From contig ONYW01000002.1 in assembly GCA_900322215.1 (NCBI GenBank), positions 3,164-67,163 on the forward strand: a DNA stretch of 64,000 nucleotides, given 5' to 3'. The first letter of the stretch is position 1; the number at the start of each line of letters is the position of its first letter. The DNA is from an uncultured Eubacteriales bacterium (GTDB lineage Bacteria > Bacillota > Clostridia > Christensenellales > CAG-917). Positions 8,927-18,953 of this stretch are shown here, piece after piece. The notes under the pieces were generated by a model. That model did no database searches. It saw nothing but the letters and a program-made list of their open reading frames with translations, and was not told the DNA's origin. The position numbers were made by a program, and so were the translations under genes.

Positions 8927-9253
8927 TCAATTTTCGAGCTCGTCACAAAGTTTATAAAACTCGTCAAAGACTTTTTCCGCGATAGCGTCGTCCATTTCGA
9001 CTTCGAGGTCCGCAACGCCGTCCTCGTCCTCGATGACGTGGAAAACGATAGCCTCGTTGTCCTTTATGCCCTCGAGTTTGCCGACCGGTTTTAAAATGCA
9101 ATAGAGTTCGCCGTCCTCGTCGTCGCCGAGAGGAATAACCGCGACTTGTTCAAATTCGACAGCCTTTTCGTCCTCGTCATAGAGGGTGATATTGTCGTGG
9201 TTGTCGTCGTCTAAAAGGATGTCAAGCACATCCTGTGGTCTGTTTTCTTCCAT
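8927..9253 (-). CDS. DUF1292-family small acidic protein
   Basis: ITLYDEDEKAVEFEQVAVIPL..LYCILKPV pattern. Confidence 0.75.
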   Translation of the reverse strand: MEENRPQDVLDILLDDDNHDNITLYDEDEKAVEFEQVAVIPLGDDEDGELYCILKPVGKLEGIKDNEAIVFHVIEDEDGVADLEVEMDDAIAEKVFDEFYKLCDELEN

Positions 9254-9255
9254 AC

Positions 9256-9588
9256 TTAGTCCTCGCTATACATAAGTTCTTCGCACGCTTTGTTGAAAAA
9301 GTCGAAGATCTCTTTGATTTTGTCCTCGTTCTCAACGCGCTCAAGCCCGGATTCGTCCTCTTTTTGCACGATTTTGTAGACGAACGCCTCGTCCTCTTTC
9401 GCGCCGATAATGGCTTTTACAGGGTGCAAAATGCAATAGACGACCTCTTTGCCGTCCTCGTCCATTGGCAATACGCCTATTTGCTCAAATTCGACAGGCA
9501 CGCCCTTCGCGTCATATACGAAAATATTGCCGTCATAGTCCTCGTCAAGGAGTGCGTCGATAGGATTTCTACGTTTGTTTCTCTTCAT
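9256..9588 (-). CDS. DUF1292-family small acidic protein (tandem paralog)
   Basis: IFVYDAKGVPVEFEQIGVLPM..VVYCILHPV. The ATG at 9588 is preferred over the upstream TTG. Confidence 0.7.
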   Translation of the reverse strand: MKRNKRRNPIDALLDEDYDGNIFVYDAKGVPVEFEQIGVLPMDEDGKEVVYCILHPVKAIIGAKEDEAFVYKIVQKEDESGLERVENEDKIKEIFDFFNKACEELMYSED

Positions 9589-9622
9589 AATACCTGTATT
9601 ATACCGCAAGAAGCGTCAATTA

Positions 9623-10201
9623 TCAAGTGTTCTCTGCAAGCAGTTTGTAGTCTTTGAGTTCGTCCGGAAAGAACAACACGGTGCTGTTTATGTTGGAAAT
9701 CTCGCAACTTACGACGGAATACTCCCCCGCACCCTTTACAAGAATCATGCGAATGCTCGCCTTGTATCCCTTCTCTCCAAGCGCAAACTCGACGGGCTCC
9801 GTCGAGGTCATTCTTGCAAAACTATCTCGGAGCAGTCTCACGTATTTTTCGTACGCTGCGTCCACTTCGGCATATAACTCGTCGGTCAATTCCTCTGCCA
9901 AGACAGTCGCACCGTCCTTCGTCGTCATCCTGAACGCCTTACCGTCCTCTGCGACAAGTCCGTCAAAAACTCCGTCCTCGAACTTCGTATAGCCCTTACC
10001 GCGAATAAAGCGATAGTCCTCGCCGTCCACTTTTATCGTATAACTGAACGCCCGCTCGAGCATATCGAAGATGTCCTCCGCCCTCATACCGTCTTTTAGC
10101 ATCACAGGCTCGTTTGCCCTCTCCGCGTCGCACGACAAAAGTGCGGAACAACTCGCCGCACAAAAAAGCAGTATTATGAAAACACAAAGGAATCTCTTCA
10201 T
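9623..10201 (-). CDS. putative lipoprotein / secreted protein
   Basis: The ATG at 10201 gives MKRFLCVFIILLFCAASCSALLSC (signal peptide with lipobox-like Cys). Confidence 0.6.
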   Translation of the reverse strand: MKRFLCVFIILLFCAASCSALLSCDAERANEPVMLKDGMRAEDIFDMLERAFSYTIKVDGEDYRFIRGKGYTKFEDGVFDGLVAEDGKAFRMTTKDGATVLAEELTDELYAEVDAAYEKYVRLLRDSFARMTSTEPVEFALGEKGYKASIRMILVKGAGEYSVVSCEISNINSTVLFFPDELKDYKLLAENT

Positions 10202-10430
10202 GCTTTCATAATACTGCAAACTGCTGTCGGTTTCAAGAGTAAATATTTGATGCTACGCATCTTTGTTAAATTAGGAATGAGGCTCTTTATAAAGTTAATT
10301 CTCGCTTGCGCTCAGTTAATTCTCACTTCGTTCAGTGAATTCTCACACACTTTGTGTGTTCAGCGAGTTCTCGGAGATAAATCTCCTCAGTTGTGGAAAA
10401 ATAGAATTTTTATTTTGCCTTAACGTCACC

Positions 10431-10530
10431 GTAGGGGACATATCGCGTTTGCGGAACAAACATATCGCGTCTTTGCCTGCAAAGATATATCGCGCGCGAA
10501 GCGCATATCGCATTTATTGTAAGACCCCGC
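10431..10530. repeat. cluster of four ATATCGC units
   Basis: acatatcgcg / acatatcgcg / atatatcgcg / catatcgca within about 90 nt. The reverse-complement unit GCGATAT clusters at 4445-4625 and 45715-45835. Confidence 0.7.
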
Positions 10531-10606
10531 ACAATAAAATCACCCAAAAAACCGCTCAGTTTAGATGAAGAGTGCAAACCTGCGTTTCACGCACACACTA
10601 CCGCCT

Positions 10607-10733
10607 GAAAAACTGCGCGATTGAGATGATAGGCAAGGAAGGTGCGCACGAGAGCCACCCAGTGTACAAGGGCGTACACGGTGGCGAGCGCACGTAAAGC
10701 TGACGAAGCATATCGCTCAATCACACGGTTTTT
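10607..10733. repeat. long palindromic hairpin repeat, copy X (REP/MITE-like, terminator-like flanks)
   Basis: gattgag(10619-25)...ctcaatc(10716-22) encloses the paired segments gtgcgc/gcgcac, gccacc/ggtggc and gtgtac/gtacac. An A-run lies to the left and a T-run to the right. Homologous copy at 27967-28090. Confidence 0.8.
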
Positions 10734-10744
10734 GAAAAAACGGA

Positions 10745-10780
10745 CAACAAAAAACGCTTGCCAATATGACAAGCGTTTGT
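10745..10780 (-). terminator. rplQ (alpha operon) terminator
   Basis: aaacgcttg..caagcgttt stem followed by tttttgttg on the minus strand, just after the rplQ stop. Confidence 0.75.
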
Positions 10781-10798
10781 TTGTTGTAAGCCTGTTCC

Positions 10799-11305
10799 TT
10801 AGATTAACTTAAGGATGCAAGTCTCAGCTGCATCCCCACGACGGAAACCAGTCTTCAAAATCTTTGTATAACCGCCGCCTTGACCGAGGTCGTTTCTGCG
10901 TGCGTCATACTTCGGAGCATACTCCTTGAAGATTTTTTCGATGAGCGGGTGCTTTGTGTCCTTGATACGCGCCTTGAATGCGGACTTAGACTCTTTGTCG
11001 CCCTTCACTTCTTGGAGGTCGACGAGTTCTGCCATAAGTCTACGGCGAGCGGCGAGTTTCTTTGGACCGTCGTTTGTAAATTCGACTGCGACGACTGCGC
11101 CCTTTTCGTTCTTGACGTTCTTTGTGACTTTGACGTCATCTTGATACGTTCTGATTGCTAATGTGATGTATTTTTCTGCGAGGCTGCGAACGGATTTTGC
11201 GCGATCAACGGTTGTTTCGATTTGACCGTACCAAAGGAGTTCGGAAACCTGATTTTTGAGCATAGCCATTCTTTGGTCTGTGCGTTTACCTAATTTATTT
11301 GGCAT
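10799..11305 (-). CDS. rplQ: 50S ribosomal protein L17 (long form, 168 aa)
   Basis: MPNKLGKRTDQRMAMLKNQVSELL..ETT..RAK is the L17 signature. An internal insertion makes it longer than typical. Confidence 0.93.
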   Translation of the reverse strand: MPNKLGKRTDQRMAMLKNQVSELLWYGQIETTVDRAKSVRSLAEKYITLAIRTYQDDVKVTKNVKNEKGAVVAVEFTNDGPKKLAARRRLMAELVDLQEVKGDKESKSAFKARIKDTKHPLIEKIFKEYAPKYDARRNDLGQGGGYTKILKTGFRRGDAAETCILKLI

Positions 11306-11315
11306 TTTGTTCCTC

Positions 11316-12272
11316 CTAGTCTTCTTGAGCCTTCAAGCCAAGGCCGAGGTCTTCGAGTTTTTTGACGACCTCTTCGAGAGATTTTCTACCGAGGTTTCTC
11401 ACTTTGAGCATATCGTCTTCCGTACGCTTTGTGAGGTCCTCGACTGTATGGATGTTTGCGCGTTTCAAGCAGTTGTAAGAACGGACTGAAAGGTCAAGGT
11501 CTTCGACTGACATTTCAAGGATCTTGCGTGTTCCGTCAGGTTTTTGTTCGACAAGGATGTCCTTGTCAGCCATATTCTCGACGAGGTCCACGAAGAGTTT
11601 GATGTGGTCGTTCATGATCTTTGCCGCAAGTGACGTGATTTCTCTTGCGGAAGTCGTGCCGTCCGTCGTCACTTCGAGAGTGAGTTTGTCAAAGTCGATG
11701 CTTTGTTCGACACGAGTGTTTTCAACGGCATAGTTGACTTTGATGACAGGCGTATAGATAGAATCGATCGGAATAAAGCCGATTGGAGCGCGGCTGTCCT
11801 TGTTTTTGTTTGCAGGGACATAGCCTCTGCCGCAGTCAACGTAGATGACCATATCGACGTTTGCGCCCTCGTCGAGCGTGCAGATGATTTGGTCTTTGTT
11901 GACGACTTCGACGCCGAGCGGGCACTCGATATCGCCTGCTCTGACGACTCCGATAGAATTTGCGCTGAGATGGCATTCTTGTTTGCCTGCTGTCTCAAGT
12001 GCGCTTGCTACTTTGAAACGAACTGTTTTGAGGTTGAGAATGATTTCGGTGACTTCCTCTTTTACACCTTTGATAGTGGAGAACTCGTGATCGACTCCCG
12101 CAATCTTAATGCCGACAGCAGCGGCACCCGGAAGTGCTGAGAGAAGGATACGACGCAATGCGTTGCCAACAGTCGTACCAAAACCACGCTCGAGCGGTTC
12201 GACGACGAACTTTGCACAATTCTTGCTTTCGTTCTCTTCGCATGTTATCTTTGGACTTTTGATCTCCATCAT
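11316..12272 (-). CDS. rpoA: DNA-directed RNA polymerase subunit alpha
   Basis: 318 aa with a GNALRRILLS motif and the C-terminal LDLSVRSYNCLKRANI helix-hairpin-helix. Confidence 0.97.
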   Translation of the reverse strand: MMEIKSPKITCEENESKNCAKFVVEPLERGFGTTVGNALRRILLSALPGAAAVGIKIAGVDHEFSTIKGVKEEVTEIILNLKTVRFKVASALETAGKQECHLSANSIGVVRAGDIECPLGVEVVNKDQIICTLDEGANVDMVIYVDCGRGYVPANKNKDSRAPIGFIPIDSIYTPVIKVNYAVENTRVEQSIDFDKLTLEVTTDGTTSAREITSLAAKIMNDHIKLFVDLVENMADKDILVEQKPDGTRKILEMSVEDLDLSVRSYNCLKRANIHTVEDLTKRTEDDMLKVRNLGRKSLEEVVKKLEDLGLGLKAQED

Positions 12273-12292
12273 ATCTTAATCCTCCAAACTTA

Positions 12293-12916
12293 TTATTTAG
12301 AATACAACTCGACGATGAGGTGTTCTTGGATGTCGAGGTCGATATCGCTGCGCTCAGGAAGTGCAACGACCTTGCCCGTCAAGGTTGCATTGTCAAATTC
12401 GAGCCATTTTGCCAAGCTCAAATTCTTTGTTTCCTTGACTGCGTCCCACATCGTAGAATCCTTTTTGTTTTCCTTGACTGCGACGATGTCGCCGGCTTTT
12501 ACCAAGTAAGAAGCGATGTTGACCGTCTTGCCGTTCACGGTGATGTGACCGTGGTTGACGATTTGACGAGCCATAGCACGAGAAGTGCCGAGGCCGAGAC
12601 GGTAAACAACGTTGTCAAGACGTCTTTCGATAAGGCAGAGCATGTTGTCACCCGTGACGCCACGCATCTCGGAAGCCTTGTCATAGTACATCTTGAATTG
12701 CTTTTCTGTCACGCCGTAGTAGCGTTTTGTCTTTTGTTTTTCACGAAGTTGTACGGAATATCCGCTTGCTTTCTTTCTGCTCTTGCCGTGGTCGCCGGGT
12801 GCTGCGAACTTCTTGAGAAGCGGGCACTTTTCAGAGTTGCACTTTGCTCCTTTGAGATAGAGTTTGCAACCTTCGCGTCTGCATTGACGGCAATCTGCAC
12901 CAGTATATTTAGCCAT
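12293..12916 (-). CDS. rpsD: 30S ribosomal protein S4
   Basis: MAKYTGADCRQCRREG.., S4 domain, operon position. Confidence 0.97.
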   Translation of the reverse strand: MAKYTGADCRQCRREGCKLYLKGAKCNSEKCPLLKKFAAPGDHGKSRKKASGYSVQLREKQKTKRYYGVTEKQFKMYYDKASEMRGVTGDNMLCLIERRLDNVVYRLGLGTSRAMARQIVNHGHITVNGKTVNIASYLVKAGDIVAVKENKKDSTMWDAVKETKNLSLAKWLEFDNATLTGKVVALPERSDIDLDIQEHLIVELYSK

Positions 12917-12932
12917 AGTTTAAACCTCCTGC

Positions 12933-13328
12933 TTACAGTCTTCTTGCCTTTGGCGGACGGCAACCGTTGTGTGCGATTGGGGACACGTCTTGAATGAGCG
13001 TGACTTCCATACCGACGTTTGCGAGTGCGCGAATAGCGGATTCTCTGCCTTGACCCGGACCTTTGACATAGACCTCAACGGTTCTCATGCCTTGATCGTA
13101 AGCAACTTTTGCAGCGTCTTCGCTGACCATTTGTGCTGCGAACGGAGTGGACTTTCTGCTGCCGCGGAGTTTGAGTTTGCCTGCGGAAGACCAAGAAATC
13201 GCGTTGCCGTTCATATCTGTAATGGTGACGATTGTGTTGTTGAAGGAAGCGTGAATGTGCACTTGACCTTTTTCAACGTGCTTGATATCTTTTCTTTTCT
13301 TAATAGCTTTTCTTGCGATACCTGCCAT
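12933..13328 (-). CDS. rpsK: 30S ribosomal protein S11
   Basis: [29 protein letters not shown]. Confidence 0.97.
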   Translation of the reverse strand: MAGIARKAIKKRKDIKHVEKGQVHIHASFNNTIVTITDMNGNAISWSSAGKLKLRGSRKSTPFAAQMVSEDAAKVAYDQGMRTVEVYVKGPGQGRESAIRALANVGMEVTLIQDVSPIAHNGCRPPKARRL

Positions 13329-13341
13329 AGTTCAAGCCTCC

Positions 13342-13707
13342 TTATTTCTTGCGGGAAACGGCTCTCTTCGGGCCCTTTCTCGTACGAGCGTTTTGCTTTG
13401 TGTTCTGACCACGGACAGGGAGACCCTTTCTGTGGCGTACGCCGCGGTAGCAACCGATTTCCATAAGTCTCTTGATGTTGAGACCTACTTCACGTTTAAG
13501 GTCGCCTTCGACGTGCAAGTTCTTTTCAATGTAATCACGGATGAGAGAAACTTGATCTTCTGTGAGGTCCTTGACTCTGACGTCAGGACTGATGCCGGTT
13601 TCGCTCAAGATCTTTTGAGAAGTTGGAAGACCGATACCATAGATATAGGTAAGTCCGTATTCAATTCTCTTTTCGCGTGGGAGATCCACGCCGGCGATTC
13701 TTGCCAT
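13342..13707 (-). CDS. rpsM: 30S ribosomal protein S13
   Basis: [26 protein letters not shown]. Confidence 0.97.
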   Translation of the reverse strand: MARIAGVDLPREKRIEYGLTYIYGIGLPTSQKILSETGISPDVRVKDLTEDQVSLIRDYIEKNLHVEGDLKREVGLNIKRLMEIGCYRGVRHRKGLPVRGQNTKQNARTRKGPKRAVSRKK

Positions 13708-13923
13708 TTTCTACCTCCAAATAGTGTGAAAAAGTTTTTTATTATCTATGCCACGTACAGGTAGTTGCCTTTGAAATTTGGAATGAAGCAACCAGCCGCC
13801 CCGTACAAAATTGCCTAGGTTTTATGCCGAAATTTGGCTGTTTTTGCGTTCGATAAACGCATAAAATCCCCGGCAACCTTCCTTGCAGGGATTTTAAGAC
13901 GCTAATTTGACGCTCAATTTGTA

Positions 13924-13952
13924 ATTATACCAAAAAATTTTCTTTTAATCAA
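13924..13952 (-). promoter_or_regulatory. internal promoter of the alpha (rpsM) operon
   Basis: Minus strand reads TTGATT, 17 nt, (TGG)TATAAT with an extended -10. It is followed by a leader of about 215 nt containing hairpins. Confidence 0.55.
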
Positions 13953-13979
13953 GCGAATTCGCAAGTTTTTTGAAAATTA

Positions 13980-14096
13980 TCAGCCTTGGCGTTGTTTGTG
14001 GTTTGGATACTTTGAGCAGATAACCATAACTCTGCCGTTTCTTTTGATAACTTTGCATTTGTCGCACATAGGTTTGACACTTGGTCTGACTTTCAT
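13980..14096 (-). CDS. rpmJ: 50S ribosomal protein L36
   Basis: Not in the ORF track because it is short. The minus strand translates as [38 protein letters not shown] followed by a stop. Confidence 0.93.
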   Translation of the reverse strand: MKVRPSVKPMCDKCKVIKRNGRVMVICSKYPNHKQRQG

Positions 14097-14137
14097 GATA
14101 ACCTCCACGAGTTTGAGTGTTTGTACAAATATTGTTG

Positions 14138-14356
14138 TTATTTGTTGCGGTATACGATTCTGCCTTTTTCGAGATCGTACGGCGACATTTCGATTTTGAC
14201 CTTGTCGCCTTCCAAGATTCTGATGTTGTTGATGCGCAATTTCCCGCCGAGATAAGCCTTTATCTCATGACCGTTTGAAAGTTGCACTCTGAATTCTGTT
14301 TTCGGCAAAACTTCGATAACCTTGCCTTCGGTTTCAATAACGTCTTCTTTGGACAT
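14138..14356 (-). CDS. infA: translation initiation factor IF-1
   Basis: [27 protein letters not shown]...GK.R. Confidence 0.96.
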   Translation of the reverse strand: MSKEDVIETEGKVIEVLPKTEFRVQLSNGHEIKAYLGGKLRINNIRILEGDKVKIEMSPYDLEKGRIVYRNK

Positions 14357-14370
14357 AAACTCCCCTATAA

Positions 14371-14631
14371 TTATTTTTCATTGTAAAAACGGAGTGCGCT
14401 GTACAGTTCAGCGTCGAACACCTGCGTTCCGTTTTTGAGTTTTTCCGCAATCCTCTCAAGGATATCCCCGTCGGACTGCAAATGCTTTACGTTTTTAAGT
14501 TTCGCCTTTGTGATACGGCGGAGATCTCCGTCCGCTATACGAACTTTTGTTTCATCAACGATTTCGACGACGGCATAATATTTTCCGCTGTCTCTACCGA
14601 CTTTTGAAAAAACTACTTGTCCAAGTTCCAT
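14371..14631 (-). CDS. KOW-domain RNA-binding protein (map-infA spacer gene typical of Clostridia)
   Basis: 86 aa, [22 protein letters not shown]-like motif, and its position between map and infA. Confidence 0.7.
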   Translation of the reverse strand: MELGQVVFSKVGRDSGKYYAVVEIVDETKVRIADGDLRRITKAKLKNVKHLQSDGDILERIAEKLKNGTQVFDAELYSALRFYNEK

Positions 14632-14632
14632 A

Positions 14633-15370
14633 TCACAAAGTCAAAATTTCCGCGCCGTTTTCGGTGAGCGCAACCGTGTTCTCATAGTGAGCGGACGGTT
14701 TGCCGTCGAGAGTCACGCACTTCCAACCGTCTTCAAGCACCTGCCACGTCCCCATATTGACCATAGGTTCTATCGCAAGCACCATACCCACTTCAAGTTT
14801 CGGACCGTGTCCTGCCTTGCCGTAGTTCGGGACGGACGGATCTTCGTGCATCTCTCTGCCGATGCCGTGACCGCACATCGCTCTGACGACTCCGTAGCCT
14901 CTCGATTCGTTATATTCTTGAATCGCGTGGCAAATATCGCCGAGTCTATTTCCAACCTTAAACTGTTTTACGCCTTCAAAAAAACTCTCTTCCGTCGTCT
15001 TGATGAGACGCTTTTTTTCTTCGCTCACCTCGCCGACGCAGTAGGTTCTCGTCGCGTCCGCTTGCCAGCCGTTGAGCGCAAGCACGATGTCAAGTCCGAC
15101 GATCTCACCCTCTTGCAGTCTTCTGTTCGTCGGGAAGCCGTGCACGACCTGTTCGTCAACCGACGCGCAAATCGTTCCCGGAAAACCGCCATAGCCGAGA
15201 CAGGAAGGGGTGCAACCGTGTTTTTTGATGTAGTCGTATGCAAATTCGTCGAGTTTTTTGAGTGATACGCCGGGCTTGACTCTCTCGCCGAGTTCAAGGA
15301 ACAAATTGCGGAGAATATGTCCCGCCTTTCTCATACACTCGATTTCTTTTGGACTTTTAAGGTTAATCAT
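14633..15370 (-). CDS. map: type I methionine aminopeptidase
   Basis: 245 aa. VVHG.P, D..L..NGW.AD and GHGIG motifs. Confidence 0.95.
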   Translation of the reverse strand: MINLKSPKEIECMRKAGHILRNLFLELGERVKPGVSLKKLDEFAYDYIKKHGCTPSCLGYGGFPGTICASVDEQVVHGFPTNRRLQEGEIVGLDIVLALNGWQADATRTYCVGEVSEEKKRLIKTTEESFFEGVKQFKVGNRLGDICHAIQEYNESRGYGVVRAMCGHGIGREMHEDPSVPNYGKAGHGPKLEVGMVLAIEPMVNMGTWQVLEDGWKCVTLDGKPSAHYENTVALTENGAEILTL

Positions 15371-15986
15371 TGAGTACCTTTTTGACTGCTTCGAAGTTTT
15401 CTTCTACGCTGTTCACTGCTTTTACGTTTGCGAGCTTGCCCTGCGCCTTGTAGTAGTCGATGAGCGGAGCGGTTTGCTTCTCATAGACTGCAAGACGATT
15501 CTTGACGGTTTCAGGCTTGTCGTCGTCGCGGATGAACAAGTCTTTTCCGCACTTACGGCACTTTGTTTCGCCGTTCAGCATAGAGACGTGATACGTCTCA
15601 CCGCACACGCAAACTCTTCTGCCGCTGAGTCTGTCGATGATAGTCTCAAACGGAACGTCGATGTTGATTGCAAGGTCGATTCTCGCAACTTTGTCGAGTG
15701 CTTCCGCTTGCGGGATAGTACGCGGAAAACCGTCGAGGATATATCCGTTCGCGCAGTCTGCTTGTCCGAGTCTGTCCTCGACAAGTCCGATAACGACTTC
15801 GTCCGGTACGAGACCGCCGGCGTCGATATATGACTTTGCTTTGAGACCGAGCGGAGTGCCTTCCTTTATATTGCGACGGAGAATATCGCCCGTTGAGATG
15901 TGCGGGACGTTATACTCGGCTGCAATAAGTGCTGCTTGAGTTCCTTTTCCTGCGCCTGGTGCGCCCAACAAAATTATATTTTTCAT
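15363..15986 (-). CDS. adk: adenylate kinase (with CxxC..CxxC lid)
   Basis: MKNIILLGAPGAGKGTQA P-loop and the zinc lid CVCGETYH..CRKCG. Confidence 0.96.
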   Translation of the reverse strand: MKNIILLGAPGAGKGTQAALIAAEYNVPHISTGDILRRNIKEGTPLGLKAKSYIDAGGLVPDEVVIGLVEDRLGQADCANGYILDGFPRTIPQAEALDKVARIDLAINIDVPFETIIDRLSGRRVCVCGETYHVSMLNGETKCRKCGKDLFIRDDDKPETVKNRLAVYEKQTAPLIDYYKAQGKLANVKAVNSVEENFEAVKKVLND

Positions 15987-16002
15987 AAGCCTAAATATTG
16001 CA

Positions 16003-16033
16003 AACGGCGTATGCCCGCAGGCATACGCGTTGC
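16003..16033 (-). other. strong intercistronic stem-loop between secY and adk
   Basis: gcgtatgcc(16007-15)/ggcatacgc(16020-28), extendable to about 12 bp, with no clear T-run. Confidence 0.4.
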
Positions 16034-16048
16034 CTGAATTGTTTTTGA

Positions 16049-17383
16049 TTATTTCAAGAAGCCCTTGTAGTGCTTCATCATGATTTGTGACTCGAGTTGC
16101 TTGTTGATTTCAAGTGCGACGGAGACGACGATGAGAAGTCCTGTTGCGGAGAACGCATTGTTGAATCCGAGGTCATAACCTGAATATTGTCCTGCAAGAG
16201 CCGCAAAGATGAACGTTGGCACAAGTGCGATGATCATGAGGAAGAGCGCGCCGAAGAGTGTGATACGGTTGTTGATCTTCTTCAAAAAATCGCTCGTCGG
16301 CTTACCTGCACGGATACCCGGAATAAATCCGCCGTATTGTTGAATGTTTCTTGACACGTCTTCGGGGTTGAATTGGATTTGAGCATAGAAGTAGCTGAAA
16401 GCCAAGATGAAGAGTGCGAGGAACACGTAGTAGACCGCCGTGCCCGAGCCGAGGTATTGAGCATACCAACCTGCGACCGATGTTCCGTTGACGACTGAGT
16501 CGCTGAAGAACAAGGAAATAATCATTTGCGGGAACATAATGAGGGATGATGCGAAGATGATCGGCATAACGCCCGATCCGTTGACGCGGATAGGAATGTA
16601 TGTCGTTTGTCCGCCGTACATTTTGTTGCCCTTGATTTGTTTTGAGTATTGAACCGTAATTCTTCTCTCTGCGCCGTCGATGAAGACGATGAAAGCGAAG
16701 ATTGCGATAACTACCAAGATGTAGCCGATAATGTTCCAAATATAGGTCCATTGAGTACCGACCATCTTGAACGCCTTAGCCATTGTCGTACCGGCTGTTG
16801 CGAGGATACCGACGAAGATGATGATGGACGAGCCGTTTGCGATACCGCGCTCCGTGATTCTTTCACTGAGCCACATAACCATCGTTGAACCCGCAACGAG
16901 AATGATAATGGTGAAAGCCATAGAGATGTAAGGATTGTCCCAACCCTCTTCAAAGGAGAAAGGTCTGATAGATCCTTTGAACGCTACGACGATACCGATT
17001 GCTTGTACGACGCCGAGGACGATAGCCACGATTCTCGTGATTTGCGTGAGTTTGCTTCTGCCCTCTTCTCCCTCTTTTGACAATCTCTCGAGCGGAGGAA
17101 TGACAAGCGTCAAAAGTTGCATGATGATGAAGGAGTTGATGAACGGCAAGATACCCAGTGCAAACACGGTTGCGTTTTGCAAAGAACCGCCGGTGATCGT
17201 ACTCAAAATGCCAAGGAAGCCACTCGCCGCGCTACCCGAGATAGCGTCTTGGAGCGTGCTGGCACTAAGCGTAGGAATAGGAATATAGCATCCTATTCTA
17301 TAAACGAGGATGAGAAGCAGAGTGAACAAAATCTTCACTCTGATCTCTTTCGTCTTAAAAGCGTTTTTTAACGTTTCAAACAT
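16049..17383 (-). CDS. secY: preprotein translocase subunit SecY
   Basis: 444-aa, 10-TM protein in the spc operon position. Confidence 0.96.
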   Translation of the reverse strand: MFETLKNAFKTKEIRVKILFTLLLILVYRIGCYIPIPTLSASTLQDAISGSAASGFLGILSTITGGSLQNATVFALGILPFINSFIIMQLLTLVIPPLERLSKEGEEGRSKLTQITRIVAIVLGVVQAIGIVVAFKGSIRPFSFEEGWDNPYISMAFTIIILVAGSTMVMWLSERITERGIANGSSIIIFVGILATAGTTMAKAFKMVGTQWTYIWNIIGYILVVIAIFAFIVFIDGAERRITVQYSKQIKGNKMYGGQTTYIPIRVNGSGVMPIIFASSLIMFPQMIISLFFSDSVVNGTSVAGWYAQYLGSGTAVYYVFLALFILAFSYFYAQIQFNPEDVSRNIQQYGGFIPGIRAGKPTSDFLKKINNRITLFGALFLMIIALVPTFIFAALAGQYSGYDLGFNNAFSATGLLIVVSVALEINKQLESQIMMKHYKGFLK

Positions 17384-17829
17384 TATAGCACCTCTACTGT
17401 GCCGCCTGCCTTTTCAATTTTTTCTTGTGCAGACGCGGTGAACTTGTTTGCCTTTATTGTGAGTTTCTTTTCAAGGTTGCCGCTGCCGAGAACTTTGAGT
17501 CCGTACGGCAAGACTTTCTTGATGAGACCGCATGCAACGAGTTCGTCAATACCGACAACTGCTCCGTCCTCAAATCTGTTGAAGACGTCAACGTTGACCG
17601 TATTATAGGCGTGTTCGAATCTCTTGTTGTTAAAACCGATCTTCGGAAGACGTCTTGTCATTGGCATTTGTCCGCCTTCGAAGTTCGGACGCACGCCACC
17701 GCCGCTTCTAGCCCATTGACCTTTATGGCCACGAGTAGATGTTTTGCCCATGCCCGAGCCGATACCACGACCGATTCTCTTAGAATTGGTTCTTGCACCG
17801 TCTGCTGGTTTAAGATCTTGAATATTCAT
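17383..17829 (-). CDS. rplO: 50S ribosomal protein L15
   Basis: [22 protein letters not shown]. Confidence 0.96.
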   Translation of the reverse strand: MNIQDLKPADGARTNSKRIGRGIGSGMGKTSTRGHKGQWARSGGGVRPNFEGGQMPMTRRLPKIGFNNKRFEHAYNTVNVDVFNRFEDGAVVGIDELVACGLIKKVLPYGLKVLGSGNLEKKLTIKANKFTASAQEKIEKAGGTVEVL

Positions 17830-17843
17830 AAAGCGTGTCCTCC

Positions 17844-18029
17844 TTAGATTTCCTCAACTTTAACAAGGTGAGAAACCTTGAAGAGTTTGCCTCTGAGCGC
17901 CGCGTTGTCGTTGAAGACTCTGGAGTTGCCGATTTTGTGCAAGCCGAGTGCTTCAAGATTCGCCTTTTGATTCTTGAGAATGCCGTTTGGACTCTTTATG
18001 AGTGTGACTTTGACTTGTTTTTCTGCCAT
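17844..18029 (-). CDS. rpmD: 50S ribosomal protein L30
   Basis: The second ATG (18029) lies 8 nt from GGAGG, whereas the first ATG is only 2 nt from it. [16 protein letters not shown]. Confidence 0.9.
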   Translation of the reverse strand: MAEKQVKVTLIKSPNGILKNQKANLEALGLHKIGNSRVFNDNAALRGKLFKVSHLVKVEEI

Positions 18030-18042
18030 TTTCATACCCTCC

Positions 18043-18561
18043 TTAGTCAGAGACGACTTCTACACCGCGAAGTGCAGCGATTTCGTCTTCGTTTCTCAAG
18101 CTGTCGAGACCGTTGATAGTTGCCTTTGCCCAGTTGATTTTGTTTCTGGAGCCGAGCGTCTTGGATCTGATATCCTTAACGCCTGCAACTTCAAGGACCA
18201 TACGTGCAGCGCCGCCGGCGATAACACCGGTACCTTCTTCAGCAGGGAGAAGCAAAACTTCACCGCTTTCGAATTTGCCGATTGTTGCGTGAGGAATTGT
18301 GTTGCCTTTGAGAGAAATCGGATGCAAATTGCGCTTTGCTTGTTGCGTAGCTTTTTCGATTGCTTCCGGAACTTCAGCCGCCTTGCCCATGCCGAGACCA
18401 ACCTTGCCTGCGCCGTCGCCGACGACTACGAGTGCGGAGAATCTCATATTCTTGCCGCCCTTAACCGTCTTGGTGACGCGGTTGATAGCGATGAGTTTTT
18501 TGGTCAAACCGTCGTTTTCTTCTCTGTTTCTATCATTTCTTCTATCACGATTTTCTGCCAT
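18043..18561 (-). CDS. rpsE: 30S ribosomal protein S5
   Basis: [24 protein letters not shown]. Confidence 0.96.
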   Translation of the reverse strand: MAENRDRRNDRNREENDGLTKKLIAINRVTKTVKGGKNMRFSALVVVGDGAGKVGLGMGKAAEVPEAIEKATQQAKRNLHPISLKGNTIPHATIGKFESGEVLLLPAEEGTGVIAGGAARMVLEVAGVKDIRSKTLGSRNKINWAKATINGLDSLRNEDEIAALRGVEVVSD

Positions 18562-18573
18562 AATACCCTCCGA

Positions 18574-18942
18574 TTAAAACTCCAATCCGGCTTCTCTTGC
18601 GCCTTCTGCGAGTGCTTGAACTCTACCTGTGTAGAGGTAGCCGCCTCTGTCGAATACGACTTCTTTGTAGCCGAGTTTGAGAGCTTTTGCAGCAACTGCC
18701 TTGCCGACTTCTTTTGCCGCGTCGCTCTTGGAGAGATTCGCAACCTTTGCCGCGATATCCTTTTCAAGCGTTGACGCTGCGCAGAGGGTGTTGCCCTTCA
18801 CGTCGTCGATGAGTTGAGCATAGATATGGTTTGTGCTTCTGTAGACGGAAAGACGTGGTCTTTGTTCTGTACCGCTGACTTTCTTTCTTACTCTTGCGTG
18901 ACGAATAACTCTGTCTTGATTTTTATCTTTCTTACTAATCAT
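18574..18942 (-). CDS. rplR: 50S ribosomal protein L18
   Basis: [30 protein letters not shown]. Confidence 0.96.
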   Translation of the reverse strand: MISKKDKNQDRVIRHARVRKKVSGTEQRPRLSVYRSTNHIYAQLIDDVKGNTLCAASTLEKDIAAKVANLSKSDAAKEVGKAVAAKALKLGYKEVVFDRGGYLYTGRVQALAEGAREAGLEF

Positions 18943-18953
18943 ATTCTCACCTC

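Noticed and set aside
10587-10772. 61-aa ORF on the minus strand downstream of rplQ.
   Set aside because: It lies wholly within the palindromic hairpin repeat and the rplQ terminator, and it has no RBS.
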